Source: an uncultured Pelagibacteraceae bacterium (lineage in GTDB: Bacteria; Pseudomonadota; Alphaproteobacteria; Pelagibacterales; Pelagibacteraceae). Taken from it: DNA of 64,000 bases. This document shows positions 1 through 9,728 of the stretch, piece by piece. The stretch's first letter is position 1; every line of letters begins with the position of its first letter. The stretch lies in NCBI GenBank assembly GCA_902579605.1, contig CACHHD010000002.1, positions 22,442 through 86,441 of the forward strand, in the 5' to 3' direction. The position numbers and the translations under genes were made by a program. The notes below the pieces were generated by a model. It did no database searches. It was not told the DNA's origin and was given only the letters and a program-made list of their open reading frames with translations.

Positions 1-1467
1 AAGCTCATCTAAATATTTATTTAAACCTGCTTTTTTTAAATAATCAGTAACAACTTGCGAGCCAGGAGCTAAAGAGGTTTTTACCCATGGTTTTACTTTT
101 AGTCCTTTTTCATGAGCTTTCTTCGCTAAAAGACCTGCACCAATCATTACACTTGGGTTAGAAGTATTTGTACAAGATGTTATCGCAGCAATTACAATAT
201 CACCATCTTTTATATTAAAGTCAGAGCCTTTAACTTTAGCTTCGATAGCCTTATCTCTTTTCGTGTTTTCTTTATAAACTTGTGCAAAAGCAGTTGAAGC
301 CTCTGTAAGTAAAACTTTATCCTGTGGTCGTTTAGGTCCAGAAATGCTTGTTACTACATTGCTAACATCTAATGAAAGAGTATCGGTAAACACAACATCA
401 TTGCTTGCCCAAAGCCCTTGCTCTTTTGAATATTTTTCGACTAAAGCTATTGTTTCTTGATCTCTTCCAGATAATTTTAAATACTTAATAGTTTCATCAT
501 CAACTGGGAAGAAACCACATGTAGCTCCATATTCAGGAGCCATGTTTGCAATTGTTGCTCTATCAGCTAAAGTTAAATTTTTCAAACCTTCACCATAAAA
601 TTCTACAAATTTTCCAACCACACCTTTTTTTCTTAGCATTTCAACAATGACTAAAACTAAGTCTGTTGCAGTTGTTCCCTCTTTTAATTTTCCTTTGAGC
701 TCTACACCAATAACTTCTGGAATTAACATTGAAATAGGCTGACCTAACATTGCAGCCTCAGCTTCTATTCCCCCAACACCCCAGCCTAAGACTGATAAGC
801 CATTTACCATTGTTGTATGACTGTCGGTTCCAACTAAAGTATCTGGATAAGCGTATAAATCATTTCCACTTTTTGATGACCAGACAACTTTGGATAAATA
901 TTCTAAATTTACTTGGTGACAAATTCCTGTACCAGGAGGTACAACTCTAAAATTATCAAAAGCTTTTTGCCCCCATTTTAAAAATGAATATCGCTCACCA
1001 TTTCTTGAAAATTCTCTTTCAACATTTTGATTAAAAGATTTTCCTGATGCATATTCATCGACCATTACTGAATGGTCTATAACTAAATCAACAGTAGATA
1101 ATGGATTAATTTTTTCTGGATCTTTATTTTTATCTTTAACAGCATCTCTCATTGCTGCTAAATCGGCAATAGCTGGTATTCCTGTATAATCTTGCAATAA
1201 AGTACGTGCAGGCCTGTATGCAATTTCTGTGTTTGATATTTTATTTTTAAGCCAATCTTTTAAAGCTAATATTTGTTTTTTATCTACTGTTACATTGTCC
1301 TCATATCTCAAAAGGTTTTCTAATAAAACTTTAAGTGACTTTGGTAATTTAGATATACCCTTTAAACCATTTTTTTCTGCAATTTTTAAATTGAAATATT
1401 TATAATTTTTACTAGATGAATTAAGAGTGTCTAATGATTTAAAGGAATTTTTACTATTAAATTTCAT
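1..1467 (-). CDS. acnA: Aconitate hydratase AcnA, N-terminal part (runs off the window start)
   Basis: Not in the ORF track. Manual translation from ATG at 1467 gives MKFNSKNSFKSLDTL...KLPKSLKVLLENLLRYED, and the minus strand encodes the AcnA motifs RVLLQDYTGIPA, GICHQVNLE, GTDSHTTM and AAITSCTNTSNP. Confidence 0.95.
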   Translation of the reverse strand, partial: MKFNSKNSFKSLDTLNSSSKNYKYFNLKIAEKNGLKGISKLPKSLKVLLENLLRYEDNVTVDKKQILALKDWLKNKISNTEIAYRPARTLLQDYTGIPAIADLAAMRDAVKDKNKDPEKINPLSTVDLVIDHSVMVDEYASGKSFNQNVEREFSRNGERYSFLKWGQKAFDNFRVVPPGTGICHQVNLEYLSKVVWSSKSGNDLYAYPDTLVGTDSHTTMVNGLSVLGWGVGGIEAEAAMLGQPISMLIPEVIGVELKGKLKEGTTATDLVLVIVEMLRKKGVVGKFVEFYGEGLKNLTLADRATIANMAPEYGATCGFFPVDDETIKYLKLSGRDQETIALVEKYSKEQGLWASNDVVFTDTLSLDVSNVVTSISGPKRPQDKVLLTEASTAFAQVYKENTKRDKAIEAKVKGSDFNIKDGDIVIAAITSCTNTSNPSVMIGAGLLAKKAHEKGLKVKPWVKTSLAPGSQVVTDYLKKAGLNKYLDEL

Positions 1468-1470
1468 GCG

Positions 1471-2058
1471 CTATACATAGAACATAATAACACAAACGAT
1501 AAGCAAAAAAGACATCGAGTAATTAAAATTCTTAATAAATTTATCACTTGTGGCGAATTTTCTCATGTATTTTCCCATTAAACACCAAGCTGTCTGGCTT
1601 CCAACAGCCATACAAAACCAAACTGATGTCAAAATTATTGAATCTCTTAAATAATTATTTTGAGTATCTATAAATAAAGAAATTGAAGTAAGTCCCACTA
1701 TAATGCTTTTAGGATTTATGAATTGAAACCAGAAAGTATTCAAAAAAGTTACTGGTTTTGGATCAATTTTTTTATCCTTTGTTTGCCCCCCAAAAGATAG
1801 TTTATATGCCATATATAGGAGATAAATTGATCCAAGAATTTTTATTATTGTTTGAATAAATTGATATTTTTCGAAAACTGCAGCAGATGTTAATTGCAAG
1901 AGGATTATTAAAAGTGTCCATCCAATTATTACACCAAGCATTGTAGGTATAGCTTTTCTAAAACCAAAATTAAAAGCTGTATAAGATGTCATTATATTAT
2001 TTGGTCCAGGTGAAAAAGCAGTAGCAATACCAAATAAGATTAATGGAAAAATTTGCAT
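1471..2058 (-). CDS. LysE/RhtB family amino acid exporter
   Basis: N-terminal SPGPNN motif, second NPK motif, hydrophobic helices, 195 aa. Confidence 0.85.
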   Translation of the reverse strand: MQIFPLILFGIATAFSPGPNNIMTSYTAFNFGFRKAIPTMLGVIIGWTLLIILLQLTSAAVFEKYQFIQTIIKILGSIYLLYMAYKLSFGGQTKDKKIDPKPVTFLNTFWFQFINPKSIIVGLTSISLFIDTQNNYLRDSIILTSVWFCMAVGSQTAWCLMGKYMRKFATSDKFIKNFNYSMSFLLIVCVIMFYV

Positions 2059-2129
2059 TTTGTGTTGTGTAAAGTTCTTAGTCTATCATTAAATGATAAA
2101 CAATAATTAAATATAATTTTTTTTATATT

Positions 2130-2624
2130 CTATATTGTCATGAATATAGAGAATTTCCCATCAATTAGTTGATATACAACAAAAGGTTCTTCTTTTTTTC
2201 CAGGCATTCCTGGTGTCCCTATTGGCATTCCAGGTAAAGCTATACCATCAATATCAGGTTGCTCTTTTAATAACTTATTTACTGCCTCGAGAGGAACATG
2301 TCCCTCTATAAAATATTTGCCAATAATAGTAGTATGGCATGACTGCATTTCTAGTGGAATATTATATTTTTGTTTTATCGAATGTAGATTTCTCATATCT
2401 GTCTCCTTAACATTAAATTGTTCTTTTTCTAAAAATAAAATATATCCGTAACAACATCCGCAAGAAGGGGTTTTAAACACTTCAACATTTTGTTTATTAT
2501 TTTTTACATTAGCTAAAACATTTTTTTTATCTGAGATGAGTCCAAAAGAATAAAAAAGTAACACCGATAAGGTTAATGTTATTATCGACTTAAAAAATTT
2601 ATTCAGATACACACGATTTTTCAT
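2130..2624 (-). CDS. DUF411/CopG-like periplasmic metal-binding protein
   Basis: Signal/TM N-terminus; CGCC, SCHT, IEGHVP and GIALPGMPIGTPGM motifs. Confidence 0.85.
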   Translation of the reverse strand: MKNRVYLNKFFKSIITLTLSVLLFYSFGLISDKKNVLANVKNNKQNVEVFKTPSCGCCYGYILFLEKEQFNVKETDMRNLHSIKQKYNIPLEMQSCHTTIIGKYFIEGHVPLEAVNKLLKEQPDIDGIALPGMPIGTPGMPGKKEEPFVVYQLIDGKFSIFMTI

Positions 2625-2630
2625 AATCCG

Positions 2631-2966
2631 TTAAGCTATATCTAAACCATTATCAGTTTTCTGAGAAGGGTGCACTAGGACAACTTTTCCATCTTTTTCT
2701 ATCGCACCAAGTACTAATACTTCTGATACAACACCAGCTATATTCTTGTTTGGAAAATTGCATACTCCAATAACTTGTTTTCCTACGAGATTTTCAGCGT
2801 TATAGTAATGTGTGATTTGAGCTGAAGATTGTTTGATACCAATTTCTTTTCCAAAATCAACTTTTATTATTAAAGATGGTTTTCTTGCTTTTTCATTTTT
2901 TTTTACTTCTAAAACTGTGCCGACTTTGATTGAGACCTTTTTAAAATCTTTATAGTTTATTTCCAT
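2631..2966 (-). CDS. csaA: CsaA/Trbp111-like tRNA-binding export chaperone
   Basis: 111 aa with SSAQIT, NFP.K.IAG..SEVLVLG motifs; AAGGAG RBS upstream. Confidence 0.85.
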   Translation of the reverse strand: MEINYKDFKKVSIKVGTVLEVKKNEKARKPSLIIKVDFGKEIGIKQSSAQITHYYNAENLVGKQVIGVCNFPNKNIAGVVSEVLVLGAIEKDGKVVLVHPSQKTDNGLDIA

Positions 2967-2979
2967 TTTATCTCCTTAT

Positions 2980-3007
2980 AAAAAAAAGGGGGCTTTCGCC
3001 CCCTTTT
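2980..3007 (-). terminator. Rho-independent terminator after the LIV binding-protein gene
   Basis: Minus strand reads GGGGGC-GAAA-GCCCCC followed by 8 T; a short T run on the plus side suggests it could be bidirectional. Confidence 0.9.
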
Positions 3008-3026
3008 AAATTTTTAAGTTTGATAA

Positions 3027-4130
3027 TTATAATTGTTTATAATTACCTTTGCTCCACTCATAAAAAACGTAACCTGGTAAACTTACGTCACCTTTTTTAT
3101 CGAAACTTAAAGTTCCAAGAACAGTATTAAATTTACCTTTTTTCATAGCTTTGAGAATTTTTTTTCTGTCAAGAGACCCAGCTTGAGTTGCAGCTTGCTC
3201 GAATACTTGTAAAGCAGCATACGAGTAAAGCACATAACCTTCTGGTTCAATCCCTGCTGCTTTGAACTTCTTAACTAATGGTGCAGCTTCTGGATTGTTT
3301 CTTGGATCTGGACTGAAAGTCATTAAAGTACCTTCGCCAGCATCACCAGTAATTTGCCAATACTCTGCAGTTACCAATGCGTCTCCACTAATCAATTTAG
3401 TTTTCATACCTTGGTCTCTCATTTGTCTTACGATTAGACCGCCTTCAGTATGGTAACCTCCAAGATAAACAGCTTCGATACCATTTGATTTTAGTTTTGA
3501 AACTAAAGCAGAATAATCTTTTTCGCCTGCTGTGAATGCTTCGTACATAGTTTCTTTTAATCCACCTTTATTCATGTTTTTCTTAGTAGCATCTGCTAAA
3601 CCTTTTCCATAAGCAGTTTTATCATGAATAATTGCAACTTTTTTTCCTTTGTATTCTTTTGCTAGGAAAGCGCCTGCAACTTCACCTTGCTGGTCATCTC
3701 TGCCGCAAACTCTGAATACATTCGGTCCACCTTTATCTGTAAAAGCTGGATTAGTTGATGCCGGAGATACTTGGATTATACCTTCTTCAGTGTAAACTTT
3801 AGAAGCTGGTATAGAAGATCCTGAGCAGAAGTGTCCTGCTACATAAGTTACTCCTTGACCTGCAAACTTGTTTGCTACAGCCACAGCTTGTTTTGGATCA
3901 CAAGCATCATCACCTATTACTAATTTAACTTTTTCTCCCAAAATACCACCTTTTGCATTAGTATCTTTTAACCACATTTCAGCACCAGCTTTTAACTGAG
4001 CACCAAAAGATGCATATTGACCACTCATTGGTCCAGCAGAAGCTACAACAACGTCAGCTTTTGCAGTTATTGATCCTAATAAAAAGATTGAAGCAATTAT
4101 TGAAAGAATATTTTTCATAATCTTAAACAT
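3027..4130 (-). CDS. livJ: Branched-chain amino acid ABC transporter substrate-binding protein (LivJ/LivK family)
   Basis: Signal peptide; DDACDPKQAVAVAN, GHFCSGSSIPAS and FRVCGRDDQQG motifs; GAGGA RBS. Confidence 0.92.
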   Translation of the reverse strand: MFKIMKNILSIIASIFLLGSITAKADVVVASAGPMSGQYASFGAQLKAGAEMWLKDTNAKGGILGEKVKLVIGDDACDPKQAVAVANKFAGQGVTYVAGHFCSGSSIPASKVYTEEGIIQVSPASTNPAFTDKGGPNVFRVCGRDDQQGEVAGAFLAKEYKGKKVAIIHDKTAYGKGLADATKKNMNKGGLKETMYEAFTAGEKDYSALVSKLKSNGIEAVYLGGYHTEGGLIVRQMRDQGMKTKLISGDALVTAEYWQITGDAGEGTLMTFSPDPRNNPEAAPLVKKFKAAGIEPEGYVLYSYAALQVFEQAATQAGSLDRKKILKAMKKGKFNTVLGTLSFDKKGDVSLPGYVFYEWSKGNYKQL

Positions 4131-4213
4131 ATGTTCCTCTTTTTGTTGTTAATTAATTAATTAATTTGGATTATTGAACACTACCTTAGGTTTTTTGTAA
4201 ATATGGAAAAATA

Positions 4214-4933
4214 TTATTTTTTTCCACCACCCTCTAAATAAGCCGCTTGAATATCCTTATTTTTCAATAGGTCTTGACCAGTTCCCTCTAATGTTACATT
4301 TCCATTAACTAGGACATAACCTCGATCCGCTAACTCTAGAGCCTTTTTTGCATTTTGTTCCACTAAGAAAATAGTCACTTTTTTTTCTTTATTTATATTT
4401 TTAATCGCTATGAAAATTTGATTTACAAGTTTAGGGGCTATACCTAAAGATGGCTCATCTAAAAGAAGCATTTTTGGCTTAGCCATCAATGCTCTTCCTA
4501 TGGCTAACATTTGTTGTTCACCTCCTGATAATGTTCCCCCTCTTTGAGTCAATCTATCTTTTAAAACTGGAAATAAATCGTAAACACCTTTTACATCGCT
4601 ATCAAAATTTTTTCCTTTCTCATTTGAAGATGCTCCTAACCTTAAATTGTCTTCTACAGATAGTCTTGAAAATATTCTTCTTCCTTCAGGAACTTGTGAT
4701 ATACCTAGATTTACGATGTCATGTGGAGGTAGGCTTTCAATATTTTTTTCATCAAATTTTATTTCACCAGTAGTAGCTTTATTAACTCCACTAATTGTCA
4801 TTAGCAAAGTGGATTTACCTGCACCATTAGATCCAATTAGTGAAACAATTTCTCCACTATTCACCTTTACATTCACTCTTCTTAAGGCCTGTATGTTTCC
4901 ATAAAAAGTTTCAACATTTGAGATTGATAACAT
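4214..4933 (-). CDS. livF: BCAA ABC transporter ATP-binding protein
   Basis: GSNGAGKST Walker A, VPEGRRIF, LSGGEQQML, LLDEPSLG and LVEQN motifs. Confidence 0.93.
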   Translation of the reverse strand: MLSISNVETFYGNIQALRRVNVKVNSGEIVSLIGSNGAGKSTLLMTISGVNKATTGEIKFDEKNIESLPPHDIVNLGISQVPEGRRIFSRLSVEDNLRLGASSNEKGKNFDSDVKGVYDLFPVLKDRLTQRGGTLSGGEQQMLAIGRALMAKPKMLLLDEPSLGIAPKLVNQIFIAIKNINKEKKVTIFLVEQNAKKALELADRGYVLVNGNVTLEGTGQDLLKNKDIQAAYLEGGGKK

Positions 4934-5728
4934 TTATTCCTCCGTCCCTAAATAAGCCTCAATTACTTCAGGGCTATTTTTTGTTTCTTTCGAAGATCCT
5001 TGAAAAATCTTTTTTCCATAGTTTAGAACTACGACGTGATCCGATATTTCCATTACAACGCTCATATCGTGCTCAATAAGAAGAATACCTGTTTTTTTTT
5101 CATTCTTTATAAACAAAAGCAATTTATTTAACTCAGCCGACTCTTTTGCGTTTAATCCTGCTGCTGGCTCATCTAAACATAGTAAATGTGGATTAATACA
5201 CATAGCTCTTACAATCTCTAATTTTCTTTGATCTCCATAAGGTAGATCTCCAGCATCATCATCTGCTCTGTGAGTTAACCCAATAATATCTAGCCAGTAT
5301 TTTGAAATTTCAATTGCCTCTTTTTCTTTTTTTACAAAAGAGGGTGAGTTAAACAATCCAAGAATAGTAAAACCAGATGCATCCATTAGTTTGTTATGCT
5401 GAGCAACCAAAAGGTTTTCCAAAACTGACATTTGTGGAAATAGCCTAATGTTTTGAAAAGTCCTAGCAACTCCAGCTTTTTGCGCCACTTTAAAATCAGA
5501 AAATTTTTTTAAGTTTAATCTTTCATTCTCTTTATTTAAAAACATTGAGCCCGCAGTAGCTTTATAAAATCCTGTTAAGCAATTAAATACGGTAGTTTTG
5601 CCCGCACCATTTGGACCTATTATTGAAGTAATTTTATCTTTATCAGCAGAAAAAGATAAATTATCAATAGCCACTAGACCTCCAAACTTCATTGTTAAAT
5701 TTTCTACATCTAATAATTTTTGACTCAT
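4934..5728 (-). CDS. livG: BCAA ABC transporter ATP-binding protein
   Basis: GPNGAGKTT, ARTFQNIRLF, LPYGDQRKLE, LDEPAAG and IEHDM motifs. Confidence 0.93.
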   Translation of the reverse strand: MSQKLLDVENLTMKFGGLVAIDNLSFSADKDKITSIIGPNGAGKTTVFNCLTGFYKATAGSMFLNKENERLNLKKFSDFKVAQKAGVARTFQNIRLFPQMSVLENLLVAQHNKLMDASGFTILGLFNSPSFVKKEKEAIEISKYWLDIIGLTHRADDDAGDLPYGDQRKLEIVRAMCINPHLLCLDEPAAGLNAKESAELNKLLLFIKNEKKTGILLIEHDMSVVMEISDHVVVLNYGKKIFQGSSKETKNSPEVIEAYLGTEE

Positions 5729-6999
5729 TTTGATGAACTCTTTTCTAATGTTATTGTTGGTTTTCTTGTGGCTAAAATTCCTCTTGGTCTAAAAATCATA
5801 ATTAGAACCATCGCACCGCCAAATGCGATCATCCTATAAGACTCGAAGTCCCTAAAAACTTCAATTAGTCCTATTAAGAAAACAGTAGCAAGTACAACAC
5901 CAGTCTGAGAACCCATTCCACCAAGTACTACAATTGCTACTATTATAGCTGACTCGATAAAAGTAAAACTCTCTGGACTTATAAAAGCCTGTCTAGTTGC
6001 AAAGAATGAACCTGCAAACCCCCCAAACATTGCTCCAATAGCGAAGGCAGTAAGTTTTGTATTTCTTGGATTCACGCCTAATGACTTACATGCAATTTCA
6101 TCCTCTCTTAAAGCCTCCCAAGCTCTTCCGATTGGAAGTCTTCTTATCTTAATTGTAAAAAGATTAGTAATTAAAGCTAAAACTAAAATTAAATAATACA
6201 AAAAAATAATTCTTTGCATTGGATCGTACTCAATACCAAAAAAAGTATGAAATGTTTGCTCTCCCTCATCTGGAAAACTTTTAAAGGGTAAGCCAAAAAA
6301 AGAGGGTCTTGGTATTCCTGTTAGCCCATCAGGACCTTTTGTAAGTTGATACCAATTTAAAAGTAAAATTCTAATCATTTCTCCAAAGGCAAGAGTTACA
6401 ATTGCTAAATAATCTCCTCTTAATCTTAAAACTGGGAAACCTAAAAGAACTCCAAACATAGCTGCGAATATTCCGGCTATAGGCAAACAAATCCAGAATG
6501 ACCAACCAAAATGAATTGCAAATAATGCGTATGAATATGCGCCTACTGCATAAAATGCTACATAACCTAAATCTAATAAACCTGCTAAACCAATTACAAT
6601 ATTTAAACCCCATCCAAGCATTATGTAAGTTAACATCATGATAGCGATATCCATTAAGTATCTATCTGTAAAAGGAAGGAAGGGAAAAATTACTGAAAAT
6701 ATAATTGCTGTTAAAGCTATTTGATAACCTTTTGTATCTAAAAAATTACTAATTGATTTGCCTATGCTTGATTGAATTCCAGTTTTTTGATCTCGATTAT
6801 AAATATAAAGATTTGTAAGGAATCTTCCTACAGCGCAAACTATAACTATGATTAAAACAATGAACCATTTAGGATGAACTTCAAGAACTTCATTTTTTGC
6901 AACAGTCCTCAAACCAACAATCGGACCGAAAAGTGCGAGAGCTATTAAACCTGTGAATAAACTGTCTTTGATTGACGTTTGAAAAAATTTTTTTTCCAT
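5725..6999 (-). CDS. livM: BCAA ABC transporter permease
   Basis: GLAGLLDLGYVAFYAVGAY and LRLRGDYLAIVTL motifs. Start moved to ATG 6999 (MEKKFF) to avoid overlap with livH. Confidence 0.92.
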   Translation of the reverse strand: MEKKFFQTSIKDSLFTGLIALALFGPIVGLRTVAKNEVLEVHPKWFIVLIIVIVCAVGRFLTNLYIYNRDQKTGIQSSIGKSISNFLDTKGYQIALTAIIFSVIFPFLPFTDRYLMDIAIMMLTYIMLGWGLNIVIGLAGLLDLGYVAFYAVGAYSYALFAIHFGWSFWICLPIAGIFAAMFGVLLGFPVLRLRGDYLAIVTLAFGEMIRILLLNWYQLTKGPDGLTGIPRPSFFGLPFKSFPDEGEQTFHTFFGIEYDPMQRIIFLYYLILVLALITNLFTIKIRRLPIGRAWEALREDEIACKSLGVNPRNTKLTAFAIGAMFGGFAGSFFATRQAFISPESFTFIESAIIVAIVVLGGMGSQTGVVLATVFLIGLIEVFRDFESYRMIAFGGAMVLIMIFRPRGILATRKPTITLEKSSSK

Positions 7000-7000
7000 A

Positions 7001-7918
7001 CTAAACCTTTTCAATATCTGGTTTTCCTAAAAAACCAGTCGGGAAAAAAATTAATACAACAACTAAAACTGTAAACGCCGCAATATCTTTATATTCAATC
7101 GAAATATATCCTGACCAAAATACTTCGATTAAACCTATTAATAGTCCACCAAGCATAGCGCCAGGAACAGATCCAATTCCACCTAATACTGCAGCTGTAA
7201 ATGCTTTGATACCTGCTAAAAATCCTATATAAAAATCTATTACACCATAATACATTACGAACATCATTCCAGCTACCGATGCAAGAGAGGAACCAATGAT
7301 AAAAGTAATTGAAATAGTTCTATCTACGTTAATTCCCATTAACGCTGTCATTGTTCTGTCTTGTTCACAAGCTCTTTGTGCTCTTCCCAACGCAGTTTTA
7401 GTTATTAATAAAGTGAAAATTGCCATTAAAATTATTGTTACTAACACTATGAATATCTGAAGATAACTTAAAGAAACTGTAAAACCTGTATCTTCCATAA
7501 AAGTAAATCCACCTTGAATAACAGGTTGTAAAGTTTTTATTCTCGCTCCCTGAGCTGCTTGAACATAATTTTGTAATACAATAGACATTCCAAGCGCTGA
7601 AATTAGCGGAGCTAATCTAAAAGATTTTCTTAGAGGTTTATAAGCTAATTTTTCAACTGTCCAACCATAACAAGCAGTGAAAACCATTGCTATCAGAAGC
7701 GTAAGTAAAAGCACTATTGGTAAAGCAATACTCGTTAATGCAAATAAAATAAAAGAAATTAAAGCAATAAAAGCGCCCACCATAAAAATGTCTCCGTGAG
7801 CAAAGTTTATCATGCCAATGATTCCATAAACCATTGTGTAACCAATTGCTATTAATCCATAAACTGAACCTAAGGTTAATCCGTTGATTAATTGTTGTAA
7901 GAAATATGCTGTATCCAT
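7001..7918 (-). CDS. livH: BCAA ABC transporter permease
   Basis: QQLINGLTLGSVYGLIAIGYTMVYGIIGMINFAHG and KAFTAAVLGGIGS motifs. Confidence 0.93.
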   Translation of the reverse strand: MDTAYFLQQLINGLTLGSVYGLIAIGYTMVYGIIGMINFAHGDIFMVGAFIALISFILFALTSIALPIVLLLTLLIAMVFTACYGWTVEKLAYKPLRKSFRLAPLISALGMSIVLQNYVQAAQGARIKTLQPVIQGGFTFMEDTGFTVSLSYLQIFIVLVTIILMAIFTLLITKTALGRAQRACEQDRTMTALMGINVDRTISITFIIGSSLASVAGMMFVMYYGVIDFYIGFLAGIKAFTAAVLGGIGSVPGAMLGGLLIGLIEVFWSGYISIEYKDIAAFTVLVVVLIFFPTGFLGKPDIEKV

Positions 7919-7928
7919 TTATTAAAAT

Positions 7929-8687
7929 TTAAAATTTTTTAAATATGCCATTTAAAGCTTTTTGTTGGAGTTTGTAAAATTTCTTTTTTTTAAGTTCATT
8001 AAGTACGTAGGCATTAGTCCCGCCAGGAGTCTGAGATTCTAGCACGAGTTGTTTTAGAGTAGTTTTATTTTTATTCATTGCGTCTTCGGATAAAGCTAGG
8101 AAAAGTTCTTTTGTATATTTCTCCGCTTGAAGTTTTTGGATGCCTTTTGAGTTGAGCCAATTACAAATGATATTTAATAAATTGTAATATGAGGCCATGA
8201 ATGATGATGTAGACCAAAAAGCTTTGGAAAGATTTTCTTTCCTCACTTCTATTACAGTTCCTAAGTGTTTAAAAAAATTTTTTATTTCTTTATTGCTTGG
8301 ACAAATAATTATAGGTCCTTTTCTCATATTTATAAATGGTAATGGAATGACTCTAGTTACATTTTTACTTTTGGTGTATTGCTTAATTTTTTTTAAATTG
8401 ATTGTAGAAATTAAACTTATAATTCTTTTATTTGAATGAAATTTCAGATTTGGTAAAATTTTATCACCAACTTTAGGTGTAACTGCCAAAAAGATTAAAT
8501 TAGATTTATCTATTATTTCTTGGTTGTTTTTTAAAATTTTGATTTTATTAAATTTTTTTGAAAGTTTATTTGATATATTTTTATTTCTTTGAGAAATATA
8601 AATTTTTCTCACTTTGAGTTTTGACTTAAAAATACCATAAATAATAGATAATGTAATTTTTCCAGTGCCTATAAATCCTAAATACAT
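7929..8687 (-). CDS. proC: Pyrroline-5-carboxylate reductase family protein
   Basis: GFIGTGKI Rossmann motif, LAVTP, and C-terminal TPGG motif. Confidence 0.75.
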   Translation of the reverse strand: MYLGFIGTGKITLSIIYGIFKSKLKVRKIYISQRNKNISNKLSKKFNKIKILKNNQEIIDKSNLIFLAVTPKVGDKILPNLKFHSNKRIISLISTINLKKIKQYTKSKNVTRVIPLPFINMRKGPIIICPSNKEIKNFFKHLGTVIEVRKENLSKAFWSTSSFMASYYNLLNIICNWLNSKGIQKLQAEKYTKELFLALSEDAMNKNKTTLKQLVLESQTPGGTNAYVLNELKKKKFYKLQQKALNGIFKKF

Positions 8688-8755
8688 ATAAAATAATATA
8701 TTATAAATAATATATAATATCTAATATTGAGTAATCATTTGTTTATCATAAAAAC

Positions 8756-8795
8756 AAAAAAAACCGCCATCATAAGTTATTATAATGGCGGTTTT
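8756..8795 (-). terminator. Rho-independent terminator of the OMP gene
   Basis: Minus strand reads CCGCCATTATAA-TAAC-TTATGATGGCGG followed by a T run. Confidence 0.85.
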
Positions 8796-8815
8796 AATTT
8801 TTTTAAATTTTAAAT

Positions 8816-9520
8816 TTAAAATTTCATACCAACTCTTAGAGAAGCACCTACTACATCTAAATCTGCAGTAACAGTTTTTGTAGAAGTTTTTCCTGAGTTG
8901 TTTGTCGCGCTGTAAGAATCATAATCAGTCATGAAACCTTCAAGTTTGAATATACCTCTGTCTCCAAAAGTACCTTTATAACCTATACCGTAAGTCCATG
9001 CGTCCAAAGTTTTGTCTGGATATAGACCACTTGTACCAGCGTGAGTTTCTGTATCATTTGTTTTAATATCAACTTGAGCAAAACCAAGTTTACCGTACCA
9101 CGTTGAACCAGCTTCTACATAATATGTAATGTGGTTATCAATCTCTGCGTTAGCGGTTCTTTTTCCGTCTTGTTGTTGAGCTTCGTTTGCATCAGCTGTT
9201 GTATCAGTTCTCGATAAAGTCTCTCTGTTTACGTCTGCAGAGAAAGGTATATAGTCAACACCAACAGTGAAATTTTCTGCATCACCCATTGAATATTCAA
9301 GATATACTGAACCAACTACAAAATCATTTCCGGCAGTTGCGTCTCGAACTGAGTTTTCAGCTGAGCCACTCATACCTGTTGTATTTGCTGATTCTGTCTC
9401 AGAACCAGATGCACTTACACCAGCTAGTGTACCTGCTACACCCATACCCCATGATCCTGCTAATACATTTGTAGTCAACAAGCAAAATGTTGCTAAAGTT
9501 GCTAATATATATTTATGCAT
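8816..9520 (-). CDS. Outer-membrane beta-barrel (porin-like) protein
   Basis: Signal peptide, amphipathic beta-strands, C-terminal Phe (LRVGMKF). Start set at ATG 9520 because of the GAGGA RBS. Confidence 0.75.
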   Translation of the reverse strand: MHKYILATLATFCLLTTNVLAGSWGMGVAGTLAGVSASGSETESANTTGMSGSAENSVRDATAGNDFVVGSVYLEYSMGDAENFTVGVDYIPFSADVNRETLSRTDTTADANEAQQQDGKRTANAEIDNHITYYVEAGSTWYGKLGFAQVDIKTNDTETHAGTSGLYPDKTLDAWTYGIGYKGTFGDRGIFKLEGFMTDYDSYSATNNSGKTSTKTVTADLDVVGASLRVGMKF

Positions 9521-9728
9521 AATTGTCCTCATAATTTTAACTTAGTTAAATTGAGTCTTTTCTATATATTTAGACAAAAAGGATCAATTTAAATATGCCT
9601 CCCAAATCAGTATAATGTTTGTAGTGGTATATTTGCAACAGTAAAAGCCTTGATATTTGAGGCTTATTTTACCTGTTTATCCTATTGTTAGTGAAAGAAA
9701 ATATTAACTGGTTTAATAGCTTATTTTG

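Noticed and set aside
750-950. 66-aa plus-strand ORF and the many other 60-155 aa ORFs overlapping larger genes (e.g. 3262, 4489, 6371, 9267, 13947, 20226, 33867, 55341, 62815)
   Set aside because: They are antisense or alternate-frame shadows of well-supported genes, with no recognisable motifs.
8688-8730. AAATAATATA direct repeat upstream of proC
   Set aside because: Low-complexity AT-only sequence, expected by chance in this genome.
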